NCBI GenBank assembly: GCA_016710785.1
Contig: JADJUE010000006.1
Span: forward strand, 9,841 to 73,840
DNA: 64,000 nucleotides
Source of the DNA: Candidatus Epilinea brevis
Lineage (GTDB): Bacteria; Chloroflexota; Anaerolineae; Epilineales; Epilineaceae
Direction: 5' to 3'
Part shown: piece by piece, positions 37,197 through 47,127 of the stretch
Position numbering within the stretch: the first letter of the stretch is position 1
Layout of the letters: each line of letters opens with the position of its first letter
The notes under the pieces: model-generated
What the model saw: the letters and a program-made list of their open reading frames with translations, nothing else
Told to the model about the DNA's origin: nothing
The model's database searches: none
Translations under genes and position numbers: made by a program

Positions 37197-37611
37197 GGCG
37201 CAAGCATCCGCGGCAGGTGGGTCGTCCTGGTCCGCTGGTAACGCATCAGGGAAGACACGATGCAGAGCAAGTATATAGTCGCGCATGTGCGGCAAGCACA
37301 CCCGCCAGAATATGAAACTGCGGCTGGAGCGCGGCGCATTTTCATAGCAGGGTATGCGCGCCCGCGCAGCGGCGTTCCCCGGCCTGAGTGACGAAAATGC
37401 AACGCCCGACCCGGTAGACTGATCTCGGATGCGCCGCTGGGTGCCGCGGAGACCGGATGGCCTCGGCAAGCCCGGCCCGACGCAGTCAGGTCCTACGTGG
37501 GTGCCATCTCGACGGCGATCATGGATGCTCGATTCATCAGGCCGGCTGGAGCGGACGCGCGGGAGCACGGCCTCCCTCCGCTCCAGCCGGCGGCCGCGGC
37601 GCGCTGCGATC

Positions 37612-40266
37612 TCAGGGCGTCAGGACCAGGTCCTGGATCTGGGCGCTGCCCAGGCTGGCCCCGGAGAGACCGTCCAGCAGCTCTACCTCCAAGCGGTAGC
37701 GGTCGGCATCCAACCGCGCCTTGGGCGGCAACCGCAGCCAGACCCGTTCGCTGACCGGCTCGCCGGCCGGCCAGGCGCTGGTGGGGAAGACGCCGCCGAA
37801 AGGCATGCCTTGCAGTTCGGCCAGCACCGTTCCGGCGGGGTCGAGAAGGCGCAGCGTCCGGCTATGGTCCAACGCCAGCGGCCGGGCGGCCTTCCAGGTG
37901 ATGCGCACGGGCAGCCAGCCGGCCGAGGCATCCGGCGTGCCGGTCGTCTTGTCTGCCGCCGCGTCCTGTGGGTCGTCGCCCGACGCCGTGGCGGCGATCC
38001 GATCCTCGGCCGTGATCGCTACCAGGGTGAGGTCGCCCAGCTGCGCCAGATTGCCTTCAGTGGCCGGCAGCCGCTCGGGCAGGCGGCGGACGCGGATGGG
38101 GCCTAGGTAGACCTCGCCTTCGGCGCCGGCCGCCGCCGTGCGCAGGGGCTTTTCGCCGACCGTTGTGCTGAGCCGCAGCAGGTACAGGCCGGGGATGGTC
38201 GTGGCCGGCACGTTCAGGTTGACCAGGGCGCCGCCGTCGTCGTCCACCGCGGCCTCGGCCTCTACGGCTGAGTCGCGCCAATGCAGCAGGGGTGCGGCGG
38301 CCATCACCAGCTGGGCCTTGACCCTGAGGTCCGGCGGGGCCTGCCGCCAGCGCAGACGCAGCTCCAGGGTGTCGCCGGCGTCCAGCGGCAGGGTGTCCCT
38401 GCGCGCCGCTCGCGCCGCCGGCGGCTCACCCCTGGACGCCGGACTGCTCATCACGGCGTCGATCAGGCGCGGACGCGCTTCGCCGCCTTCCCAGGTCAGC
38501 CCGGCGGGAAGGCTCAGCGGCAAAGCTGCGCCCGTTTGCGGCAACCAGGCGAAGAGCGCGGGTTCGGCAGGGTCCGGCCGCGGCAGGAGCCAGGCGACCA
38601 GCGCCGCCACGGCCAGGACCGCGAGGCCGGTCAAGGCGCCCCGCAGCAGCCCGCGGCGGCGGTCGACGAGCCAGAGCGACAGCCACAGCAACAGGGCCAG
38701 CAGCGACAGGATCTCAGCGGCGGCGCGCACCGGACTGCGCCCCAGGCGCAAGACGATGCTGCAGTCGCTGGCGCATTCGCCCGGTTCCAGGGTCAGCTTC
38801 AACCAGCCGGAGCCCTCGACAGCGCTGGTTTCGCGGGGGCGGCCGCCGTTGACCCGCGCCTCCCAGCCGGGGAACCACAGGATCGGGAAGGCCAGGGTGC
38901 CCCGCTGGTTGCCGCTGATGATCAGCCGCCAGTCGCGGCGGGCAGGGTCGCGCAGGCCCGGGGTGACCCCCTCCAGCTGCGTAATGCCGGACAGCGTGCG
39001 GGGGTTGCCCTGATGCCCCAGGGCGGTCGCCAGACCGCCGGCGGGACGCTGGTGGACGGCCGCGGGGAGCGGGGCGGCGGTCAAGGTGGCCAGCCGCCCC
39101 GTCAGGCTCTCGTAGACGGTCATGTCGGCGCGTGCCGGCCCTTCGTTGGTCGGGGCCTGGGCCCCACCGCCCAACACCTGATCCGGCAGCACCCGGTCCA
39201 GGTGTGGGCGCTCGACGAAGGCGGGTAGCCAGAGCCAGGCGGACAGGGCCAGCCCCAGAGCCATGCCACCGGTCACGGACATCAGCGCTGCTTGCCCTGC
39301 GCCTGGGCGGCGCGGCCAGCGCCGAAGTTCCTGGTCCGCCAGCCAGCGCCGCAGGCGCCCTGGGCCGGCCCAGGGTGCAGGCAGGTCGAGGCTCGGCGTT
39401 GGCAGGTCGGTTGGCGGACCGGGCGGCGGACCGGGCGGCGCCGTCCCGGTGGCCTGGCGGCGCTGCCAGAGCAACGCCGCCAGGCTCAGGATGAGGACCG
39501 CTCCGCTCAGCCAGGGCCGCTCGGGACGCGGCTCGCAGGCGATGAGCAGCGCCAGCAAGCCGCCCCAGCGCAGCGACGCCCCCAGACCGGGCGAGCGGAC
39601 GGCGGTCAGGGCGGCGGCCAGGACCCAGGGGAAGAGGGCGGCCTGACCCAGGCGGCTGGGGGCGGACCCCGGTCCTTCCAGGGCCGCGGCCACCAGGAAG
39701 GCCGCCGGCAGCAGCAGGGCGGCCAGCAAGCCCGCACTGCGGCGCGGCCGGTGGCGGCGCAGCAGGCGGGAGGCACCCAGAGCAGCCAGGATCAGCCACA
39801 GGGCCAGGGTGACGCGCGTACCGGCGACCAGGTTGGCCTGCCCCAGGGCGGAGGTCTGGACCCCTTGGCGCAGGGCCTCCGGCAGACCCTCCTGAATGGC
39901 CGTGAGGCCGGCCTGTCCCAGGCCCACCAGCGCCGCACCCACATAGGGCAGAGGGCCGTGGAAGTTCCAGAAGGGGTAGCCCAGGCCGAACAGGGCATCC
40001 GGCATCCAGCGCGGCGGCCAATGCCCGGCGCGCAGGGCCAAGGTCAGTTCAAGCGTGCGCAGAACGGATTCGGTGTCCGCGCCGCGCAGGCGGGGCAGCG
40101 GCAGGCGTTCCGGCAGGAGGATGGGAAGGGCCAGCAGCAGACCGATGGCGGCGGCGGCCAGATCCGGTAGCCGTTCCCGCAAGCGGCCCAGGGCGCGACG
40201 CGGCGGGAGGAAGGCCCAGCGGCGCGGCGCGGACGCGCTGGGTTCGGCGCGGAGGTTGGCGTGCAT
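37612..40266 (-). CDS. Large polytopic membrane protein (884 aa) with C-terminal soluble domain; possibly a membrane glycosyl/arabinosyl-transferase-like protein
   Basis: Multiple TM helices. Conserved-looking 'GLGYPFWNFHGPLPYVGAALVGLG'. Family assignment is not secure. Confidence 0.65.
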   Translation of the reverse strand: MHANLRAEPSASAPRRWAFLPPRRALGRLRERLPDLAAAAIGLLLALPILLPERLPLPRLRGADTESVLRTLELTLALRAGHWPPRWMPDALFGLGYPFWNFHGPLPYVGAALVGLGQAGLTAIQEGLPEALRQGVQTSALGQANLVAGTRVTLALWLILAALGASRLLRRHRPRRSAGLLAALLLPAAFLVAAALEGPGSAPSRLGQAALFPWVLAAALTAVRSPGLGASLRWGGLLALLIACEPRPERPWLSGAVLILSLAALLWQRRQATGTAPPGPPPGPPTDLPTPSLDLPAPWAGPGRLRRWLADQELRRWPRRPGAGQAALMSVTGGMALGLALSAWLWLPAFVERPHLDRVLPDQVLGGGAQAPTNEGPARADMTVYESLTGRLATLTAAPLPAAVHQRPAGGLATALGHQGNPRTLSGITQLEGVTPGLRDPARRDWRLIISGNQRGTLAFPILWFPGWEARVNGGRPRETSAVEGSGWLKLTLEPGECASDCSIVLRLGRSPVRAAAEILSLLALLLWLSLWLVDRRRGLLRGALTGLAVLAVAALVAWLLPRPDPAEPALFAWLPQTGAALPLSLPAGLTWEGGEARPRLIDAVMSSPASRGEPPAARAARRDTLPLDAGDTLELRLRWRQAPPDLRVKAQLVMAAAPLLHWRDSAVEAEAAVDDDGGALVNLNVPATTIPGLYLLRLSTTVGEKPLRTAAAGAEGEVYLGPIRVRRLPERLPATEGNLAQLGDLTLVAITAEDRIAATASGDDPQDAAADKTTGTPDASAGWLPVRITWKAARPLALDHSRTLRLLDPAGTVLAELQGMPFGGVFPTSAWPAGEPVSERVWLRLPPKARLDADRYRLEVELLDGLSGASLGSAQIQDLVLTP

Positions 40267-40364
40267 GGCGGCCGATTGTAGCAGCCCGGGCGGCCGGCGT
40301 CGCCGGGCCGACGGCCGGTGTTCCCCCCACGTCGCGGTGGGGCCTCAACGGCGTTGTCCGATAG

Positions 40365-40400
40365 GATTGGCCACCCGCGATATGATTGGCCAACCGCGAC
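40365..40400 (+). promoter_or_regulatory. Tandem 17-bp direct repeats GATTGGCCA(C/A)CCGCGA(T/C) (40365-40381, 40384-40400) in the divergent region between the membrane-protein gene and the NHL gene
   Basis: Read from the sequence; 16/17 identical. Confidence 0.3.
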
Positions 40401-40426
40401 CCCCGTCCTGGATCATGGAGCTCGAC

Positions 40427-42286
40427 ATGAGGCCCGTGCTGACCCGTCCCCGCCTTGCTACCATCCTCCTGGTCTTCGCCGCCGCGGCGGCGGCGCCCAT
40501 CACCGGGCTGGCCGAAGGCGGCGGCCTGCCGCCCTGGCAGACCGTCTGGCGCGCCGCGGCGGAACCGGCCCTGGGCGCCGTGGTGGCGCCCGTGGATCTG
40601 GCCCTGGCTCCCGACGGCAGCCTGGTGGTGGTGGACAGGGAACTCCGGCGCGTGCAGCGCTTCGCGGCGGACGGCCGGGTGCTGGGTGCCTACCGTTTGC
40701 CGGGCCGCCCCTTCCTGACCCCCTTGGCCGTCGCCGTGGACCCGGTTCGTGAGCGGGTCTACGTTTCGGATTCTGAGCGGGCCACCGTGGCCAGCTTCAC
40801 CTTGGCGGGCGACTTCCTGACCGAGTGGGCGGATTTCCAGCAACCCGAGGCCTTGGCATGGGGCGAAGGGGGCCGCGTGCATGTCTACGACCGGCGGCGC
40901 AGCGGCCTGCTCACCCGTTCGCCGGAGGGTGAGCAGGCGCTGGACAACATCCCCGTCCAGGTGCCGCAGTCCTTCGCCAGCGAGTTGCCCAACGGCCTGG
41001 CCGTGGACGCGCAGGGCCAGATCTGGTTCGCCGCGGAGGCCCCGGTGGTCACCCTGCCGCCCATCCTCTACGTCTTCGACCGCCAGGGCGACATCGCGCC
41101 GCCGCGCACGCGGCTGGACTTCAATCCGCGCGACCTGGCCTTCGACCGCGCCGGACGGGGCTTCATGCTCGATGGTCTGGGAGCGCGGCTGGTGACCGAC
41201 TTCGATCGGCGCAGCGGGAGCTACCTGGCGCTGCCCATTCAGCGCGGCGCAAGGGCCTTGGCGGCCGGGAGCGCCGGCGAGGTCTGGTTGCTGGACGGGC
41301 CCAGCAGCGAGCACGAAGGGGGCATCTCGGGCTTGACGGTGACCGGCCAGCGGGCCACGGAACAGGTCTCATGGCGCTTCCCGTCGCTGGCGGCCGGCTG
41401 GTACCAGCAGCCGACCTATCTCGCCGCCGCTGGGTCGGACATCTGCCTCGCCGATGGCACCCACCGCCTGCAATGGTTGGATGCGGCGGGCGGAGGCCTG
41501 GCCCAGGCGCGGCGTCCCTTCGCCGCTGCCGTGGCCGGCCTGCCCGACGGTGACTGCTTCGTGGCGCGCGCCCGGCAGTCCAACAGCCTGGACGATGCCC
41601 AGGACCCCGATGTGGCCCCGGTCGGGACGCAGCGCCTGACGCTGGAGCGGCACCGGCGCCGGGGCGCGGTCGCGGAGCGGGTATGGACCCGGGACTGGAC
41701 GGAGCCCCTGACCGCCAGTCCTCCCAGCAGCCTGACCGCCCTGGCCGTCGACGCCGCCGGAGGGCGGCTCGTGCTGCTGGACGCCAGCGCCCGGCGCCTG
41801 CGCTTCTTCGACCTGGCCGGCGGCGAGCCGCGCGGCGAGCGGCTCCTGCCGCCCGCCGTGGGCTTCGCGCCCTGGAATGACGTGGAGGTGGATGGCCGGG
41901 GACGCATCTGGGTGCTGGATTTCGTCCGGCCGGGACTGTTGGTCCTGGACGCCGAAGGCGCCCTGCTGCGCGAGCTTCCGGCGCCCGCGGGGGCCTTCCG
42001 GCTGGCGGTCCTGCCTTCCGGCGACCCGGTGGTGCTGACCGCCCGCCGGGAGTTGGTGCAGCTGGACGCGGAGGGTCGGGAGACCGCGCGAACCGTCCTG
42101 CCGGCGCCCGCCGCGGGTGATTCCCGCCCGCCCGGCGACCTGACGGTGGATGGTGCCGGTCGCCTGCTGGTCACCGATCCGGCGGACGCGGCCATCCACG
42201 TGTTCGGCCCCCTGCGGCGCCCAGGCGGCCTGTGGCTGCCTTGGTTGGGCGGCGGCGCCGATGTCGACCGCGTCGGCGCGCCGTGA
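40427..42286 (+). CDS. Secreted NHL-repeat / six-bladed beta-propeller protein
   Basis: Signal 'LATILLVFAAAAAAPITGLA'. Repeated 'hydrophobic-D/N-G-x-I/V-W/Y-V-x-D' blades ('PNGLAVDAQGQIWFA', 'DLTVDGAGRLLVTDPADAAIHVF'). Confidence 0.7.
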   Translation: MRPVLTRPRLATILLVFAAAAAAPITGLAEGGGLPPWQTVWRAAAEPALGAVVAPVDLALAPDGSLVVVDRELRRVQRFAADGRVLGAYRLPGRPFLTPLAVAVDPVRERVYVSDSERATVASFTLAGDFLTEWADFQQPEALAWGEGGRVHVYDRRRSGLLTRSPEGEQALDNIPVQVPQSFASELPNGLAVDAQGQIWFAAEAPVVTLPPILYVFDRQGDIAPPRTRLDFNPRDLAFDRAGRGFMLDGLGARLVTDFDRRSGSYLALPIQRGARALAAGSAGEVWLLDGPSSEHEGGISGLTVTGQRATEQVSWRFPSLAAGWYQQPTYLAAAGSDICLADGTHRLQWLDAAGGGLAQARRPFAAAVAGLPDGDCFVARARQSNSLDDAQDPDVAPVGTQRLTLERHRRRGAVAERVWTRDWTEPLTASPPSSLTALAVDAAGGRLVLLDASARRLRFFDLAGGEPRGERLLPPAVGFAPWNDVEVDGRGRIWVLDFVRPGLLVLDAEGALLRELPAPAGAFRLAVLPSGDPVVLTARRELVQLDAEGRETARTVLPAPAAGDSRPPGDLTVDGAGRLLVTDPADAAIHVFGPLRRPGGLWLPWLGGGADVDRVGAP

Positions 42287-42329
42287 TAGACTGGGCCCTG
42301 CCATTGCCTGGTGAAGGAGGCTATTACCC

Positions 42330-44039
42330 ATGTACAGCGATCAACGACGACAGCCGATCGGCTGGATCCCGGCCGGCGCCCTGGCCCTGTCGCTCCTGGT
42401 GGGCTGCAAGCCGGCGGCTGCGCCCAGCGGGGCTCCCACGGCCGACGCGGCCGCCACCGTCCCGGCGGAGGCGGCCGATGTCGCGTGGTTCGAGGGCTCG
42501 GTGGAAGCGGCTTTCGCCGCGGCCAAGGCAGAGTCCAAGCCGCTCTTCCTCTACTGGGGCGCGGTCTGGTGCCCCCCCTGCCATTACCTGATGACGAAGG
42601 TGTTCCACCAGCCGGACTTCGTGGCCAAGAGCCGGGATTTCGTGGCTGTCTATCTGGACGGCGATACCGAAGGCGCCCAGACCTGGGGGGAGACGTTGAA
42701 CGTCAGCGGCTATCCCACGGTGCTGGTCATGAGCCCCGCGGGCGAGGAGTTGCTGCGGGTGCCCAACGGATTGGGATCGGAGCATTACGCCGCCGTCCTG
42801 GACCGGGCCAAGGCGATGACCCAGCCCATCGATGCCGTGCTCAAGGCCGTGCAAGCGGCCGGTCCGGCCCAGGCGACGCCCGAGCAGTTGGCTCTGCTGG
42901 CCTACTATGACTGGGATCTCGACGCCAGGATCAAGCTGGAGGATGCGCCGAAGCTGGATCTCTTTCGCCGGCTGTGGGCGGAGACGCCCGCAGAGCAGGA
43001 GGCGGTCAAGACGCGCTTTCTCAAGCTCTACCTGACGACCCTGCACGGGGCGCGCGAAGCCGCCGCGGAGGCGGACCCGCCCACCGAGCCGCCAGGGTTT
43101 GCCGACGAGGACCGCGCGGCGGTCGAGACCCAGATCGGTGCCTTCCTGGCCGATCCCGCCTTGCGCAACGACAACCTGGACCTCCTCTTCTACTGGAGCC
43201 AGGAGACGGTGGACCTGCTGCATCCCGGGCTGGGCTCGCAGCGGGACACCTTGCTGCGGGCCTGGGCGGATGCCGCCAAAGCGGTGGAGGTGGACGAGAG
43301 CCTGACCGTCGACGACCGCCTGACGGCGCTCTATCCGCAACTGGCCATGCTGCGGATGACCCTGCCCCCCACGCCCACGCCGCCCGCCGATGCCGCCGGC
43401 GGAACGGCCACGCAGGTTGCGGAATCCCTGCCGGCCGAACTGCTGCAGCATCTGCGGGATCAGGTGGCCTGGGCCGGCAAGACCGTGACCGACCCGGGCG
43501 AGCTGCAGGCCGTGGCCAGCACCATGATCTGGCTGCTGGACGAAGTGGGCCAGGGCGAGGCCTCGCAGGCCGTGCTGGACGAGGCCATCGGCCGCAGCCT
43601 GGCCCCCCATTACTACATGAGCTACCGGGCCTCCAAGGCCAAGGAGAAAGGCGATGCCGCCGCGGCCGTCGAATGGTCGCGTAAGGCCTGGGTGGGCGCT
43701 GAGGGGCGTGCGAGCCGCTTCCAATGGGGCTACGACCACCTGGCGATGCTCATGAGCCAGACGCCGGACGACGCGGCGACCATCGAGGGCGACACCGCCA
43801 AGGTGCTGGACGAACTCCTGGCCAACGATGACGCCTTCGCCAACCGCAACCTGGCCCGGCTCAAGCGCCTGCAGACGGCCATCGAGGGCTGGAACAAGGA
43901 TGGGGCGCATGCGGACTCCGCCGAGAAGATCCGTCAGCAGGTGCAGGTGGCCTGCGAGCGCTTCCCGGCGGAGGGCGAGGACAGCCCCCGCGACCGCTGC
44001 CTGGCCTTCCTGGCGCCGGCGGCCGCGCCGACGCCCTGA
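42330..44039 (+). CDS. Thioredoxin-fold lipoprotein (CPPC active site) with long alpha-helical C-terminal region
   Basis: 'LLVGC' lipobox. 'LFLYWGAVWCPPCHYLMTKVF' is a thioredoxin-like CxxC. Confidence 0.7.
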   Translation: MYSDQRRQPIGWIPAGALALSLLVGCKPAAAPSGAPTADAAATVPAEAADVAWFEGSVEAAFAAAKAESKPLFLYWGAVWCPPCHYLMTKVFHQPDFVAKSRDFVAVYLDGDTEGAQTWGETLNVSGYPTVLVMSPAGEELLRVPNGLGSEHYAAVLDRAKAMTQPIDAVLKAVQAAGPAQATPEQLALLAYYDWDLDARIKLEDAPKLDLFRRLWAETPAEQEAVKTRFLKLYLTTLHGAREAAAEADPPTEPPGFADEDRAAVETQIGAFLADPALRNDNLDLLFYWSQETVDLLHPGLGSQRDTLLRAWADAAKAVEVDESLTVDDRLTALYPQLAMLRMTLPPTPTPPADAAGGTATQVAESLPAELLQHLRDQVAWAGKTVTDPGELQAVASTMIWLLDEVGQGEASQAVLDEAIGRSLAPHYYMSYRASKAKEKGDAAAAVEWSRKAWVGAEGRASRFQWGYDHLAMLMSQTPDDAATIEGDTAKVLDELLANDDAFANRNLARLKRLQTAIEGWNKDGAHADSAEKIRQQVQVACERFPAEGEDSPRDRCLAFLAPAAAPTP

Positions 44040-44154
44040 CCGGCAATCGGGACTGCCGCCTGCAAGCATCGGACGCGCAGTCGCGTCCTATGCTCATGGA
44101 GCCGTCGGGCTCCTCCACCACCGTCGGCTAGAATCCTTCATCGTGAGCCAATCC

Positions 44155-45135
44155 ATGTCCTCCCCAGCTCCGCCTCGCCCCATGCCAGCTCCGGCCACCG
44201 ACTGGACCGACCCCGCCGCCCTGCGCGCCTACCTGCGACAGGTGCGCATTCTGCGGGACCCGGTCGACGGGCAGGCCCTCATCGACGCCACACCGGAGAT
44301 GGACGAGTACGTGGAGGTGCACGGCCGCTCGGCTGCCCTCTCCCTGGCGATGCTCGGCCGCCATCTGCCGGCGGGGCGCCGCCTCCGGGTTCTGGAGCTG
44401 GGTGGGGCGCCGTATTACTTCAGCGTCCTGATGGCCCGGGCCTTTGACATCGAGCTGACGGCGGCCAACGTGCAGGCCGGCGCCTGGCCGGGCGAGCCCG
44501 CCGAGCTCCGGCGCGGTGTCGTGGAGCTGGCGGTGCCGGACGGCGACGGCCGCCTGGACATCCGGGTGGAGGTCTTCAACATCGAGAAGGACCCCTTCCC
44601 GTTTCCGGACGAGCACTTCGACGTGGTGCTGTGCATGGAGGTGTTGGAGCATCTCTGCTACTCGCCCAGCCACATGCTGGCGGAGAGCCACCGGGTGCTG
44701 GCGCCGGGTGGGCTGTTCTTCCTGACCGTGCCCAACTTTCTCAACATCAAGCGCCTGGTCAACATGGCCTTGGGGCGCCCGACGGAATACCCTTACAGCG
44801 GCTACGGGGTCTACGGTCGCCATGCCCGCGAGTTCGCGCCCGGGGAAGTGGGGCGGCTGTTCGAGGCCTGCCATTACCGGGTGCTGGAATTGGCCACGGC
44901 CAATGTCTGGCCCACCTTCAAGGGACGCGACATGGCCAGCCGGATCAAGGGCCTGTTCAATGCCTTGCTCAACGGCTTGACGGCCTTGCCCTTGCCCTTC
45001 CTGGCCGCCAAGCGCGAGTACATCCTGTGTGCGGCGCGGGCCGAGGGCGAAGCCCTCTGCGCCTATCCGGACTGGCTCTACGTTCACCGGCATCTCTATC
45101 CCGCGCCGCCCAACGGCATCCCCAAGGATTCCTGA
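44155..45135 (+). CDS. Class I SAM-dependent methyltransferase
   Basis: 'RVLELGGAPYYFSVLMA' glycine-rich SAM motif. 'VLCMEVLEHLCYSPSHMLAESHRVLAPGGLFFLTVPN' Methyltransf_11-like. Start ATG 44155 (or GTG 44143). Confidence 0.7.
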   Translation: MSSPAPPRPMPAPATDWTDPAALRAYLRQVRILRDPVDGQALIDATPEMDEYVEVHGRSAALSLAMLGRHLPAGRRLRVLELGGAPYYFSVLMARAFDIELTAANVQAGAWPGEPAELRRGVVELAVPDGDGRLDIRVEVFNIEKDPFPFPDEHFDVVLCMEVLEHLCYSPSHMLAESHRVLAPGGLFFLTVPNFLNIKRLVNMALGRPTEYPYSGYGVYGRHAREFAPGEVGRLFEACHYRVLELATANVWPTFKGRDMASRIKGLFNALLNGLTALPLPFLAAKREYILCAARAEGEALCAYPDWLYVHRHLYPAPPNGIPKDS

Positions 45136-45137
45136 GC

Positions 45138-46205
45138 ATGGCCGCTGTCAGGCTGTCCAGCCGCTTGTCGGGCCATCTGCGGTCGCGGCGCTGGCGGCTG
45201 GCGGGCCTGATACTGGCGCTCGGCCTTGTCCTGGCCCTGGCCGCGGCCTGGTCGGCGTTGACGCCCCAGGTGCGGGCGAGCTTCCAACTGCGGCCGGGGT
45301 TCCTGGCCCTGGCTTTTCTCATCCAGACCCCGGGTTGGCTCCTGGCCGTGGATGCCTGGCGGCGGATGCTGCGCGCCACCCAGCCGGCCGGTGCGCCGGC
45401 GGGACCGGGAGATCCGCTACGCGGCATGCGTTTCGCGGAGCATCTGCAGGGCCATACCCTGGCGGCGCTGGCCCAGGTGCTACCGGGCAGCATCTGGGCC
45501 CCGCTCACGCGGGTGGCCTATTACCGCGAGCGGGGCCTGGGCACCTTGCGTACCGGGGCGGCCATGCTGCTGGAGATGACCTTGTTGGGCCTCGCCGGGC
45601 TGCTCGTCTTCCTGCTGGCGCTGCCCTTCGCTGTCGGTGTGCCGCCCGCCGCGCTGCCCTGGTTGCTGGCGGCGGGCGGCGCCAGCCTGGCCGCTCTGCA
45701 TCCGCGGGTCTTCGGGCGGCTGCTGGCGCTCTTGGCGCGGGGTCTGCGCATCCAGCCCGTGCCGGCCGCGCCGCGCCTTGGGCTTCTGGCCCGGCTCCTC
45801 GGCCAGGAGCTGCTCGTCATGGGGCTCAGCGGGTTGGCCCTGATCCTGGTGATCCGCTCCCTGCTGCCTTCTGCCGCCCATCCGGCGACGGTGCTGGCGG
45901 CTTGGGGCCTGGGGGTGGCCATCGCCAGCCTGCTGGCCTGGTTGCCGGCCACGGCCTTGCTCAAGGATGGCGGGATGATCGCTCTCCTCGCCCCGCTCTG
46001 CCTGGCGGCGGCCGACGGGCAGGCGCTGCCGGCTGCCGCGCTGGCCCTGGGGCTGACCCTGGCCTGGCGCTTGTGGACCCTGCTGGTCCTGCTTGTCTGG
46101 GCCGGCGGCGCCACCGTGGCGGTGCGCCGCGGTGGCCGCGGGGTCCGACCGATGACCGCTCTGCGGTCTGTGGATGATGGCGTTGGCGCCCATGACCGAG
46201 CTTGA
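45138..46205 (+). CDS. Integral membrane protein of the UPF0104 / lysylphosphatidylglycerol-synthase-TM-like (flippase-like) family
   Basis: About 8 TM helices. N-terminal basic stretch then 'LALGLVLALAAAWSAL'. Overall pattern recalls PF03706-type proteins. ATG 3 nt after the previous stop. Confidence 0.6.
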   Translation: MAAVRLSSRLSGHLRSRRWRLAGLILALGLVLALAAAWSALTPQVRASFQLRPGFLALAFLIQTPGWLLAVDAWRRMLRATQPAGAPAGPGDPLRGMRFAEHLQGHTLAALAQVLPGSIWAPLTRVAYYRERGLGTLRTGAAMLLEMTLLGLAGLLVFLLALPFAVGVPPAALPWLLAAGGASLAALHPRVFGRLLALLARGLRIQPVPAAPRLGLLARLLGQELLVMGLSGLALILVIRSLLPSAAHPATVLAAWGLGVAIASLLAWLPATALLKDGGMIALLAPLCLAAADGQALPAAALALGLTLAWRLWTLLVLLVWAGGATVAVRRGGRGVRPMTALRSVDDGVGAHDRA

Positions 46206-47004
46206 GACGGGGCGGCCCATCGCCGGCGAGCGGCCTGCCGGGGGCATCGCGGGCATGATCGAGTTGCGCCATGTGGCTGACGATCAGGCGCGCGCGGCCT
46301 ACGACGCGCTCTATGCCCGGGCCGGCATTCAGAACCTGGTGGGGCATCTGGACTGGCTCCTGGACCAGCTGGATACGAGGCCGGGCATGCGGCTGCTCGA
46401 CGTGGCCTGCGGCGAGGGCGAACTGGTGCGCCTGGCCTGCCGACGGGGCCTGGCGGCGCAGGGGGCGGACCTGTCGCAGGTGGCCCTGACCCGGGGTGGG
46501 ATCGGTCTGGCGCCGGGGGTCTTGGTGGCCGCCGACGGGACGGCGCTGCCCTTTCCCCGCGGCCATTTCCAGCGGCTGACCAGCGTGGGCAGCCTGGAGC
46601 ATTACGCGGACATGCCGGCCGGCCTCAGCGAGATGGCCCGCGTGCTGGATCCGGCCGGGCTGGCCCTGATCCTGGTGCCCAACAGCTTCGGCCTGCGTTG
46701 GAACGTGCTGCATGTCTGGCGCACGGGCGACGTGCACGACGATGGGCAGCCCATCCAGCGCTACGGCACCCGGCGCCAATGGCAGCGGCTGATCGAGGCC
46801 GCCGGGTTGGAGGTACTGCGTTGCCTGGGCAGCGAGGGCACGGAGGGTGCCCCGCTGCGCGGGAGGGATCTGGCGGGACTCGTCAGGCATCCCAGCCGTC
46901 TGCTGGGCCTGGCGGCTTCGTGGCTGCCGGTGGACCTGGCCAGCATGCTCGTCTTCATCTGCCGCCCGACTGCTACCATCGGACCAGGCGCGGCAGAGGG
47001 CTGA
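46174..47004 (+). CDS. Class I SAM-dependent methyltransferase (second)
   Basis: 'RLLDVACGEGELVRLACRRG' SAM motif. 'LPFPRGHFQRLTSVGSLEHYADMPAGLSEMARVLDPAGLALILVPN'. Start uncertain (46174-46255); overlaps the upstream gene end. Confidence 0.7.
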   Translation: MMALAPMTELETGRPIAGERPAGGIAGMIELRHVADDQARAAYDALYARAGIQNLVGHLDWLLDQLDTRPGMRLLDVACGEGELVRLACRRGLAAQGADLSQVALTRGGIGLAPGVLVAADGTALPFPRGHFQRLTSVGSLEHYADMPAGLSEMARVLDPAGLALILVPNSFGLRWNVLHVWRTGDVHDDGQPIQRYGTRRQWQRLIEAAGLEVLRCLGSEGTEGAPLRGRDLAGLVRHPSRLLGLAASWLPVDLASMLVFICRPTATIGPGAAEG

Positions 47005-47127
47005 GCCGCCGCTTGCGGCGTCGCGCCGGGCAACTACCACCAATGGCTTATTGCCTGACCAGGGTGCCGGTCCTAGGCTGGTCCCCCTGTTTCCGCGCCC
47101 ATAGCCCCTTGCCAGGAGAGACCCCCC

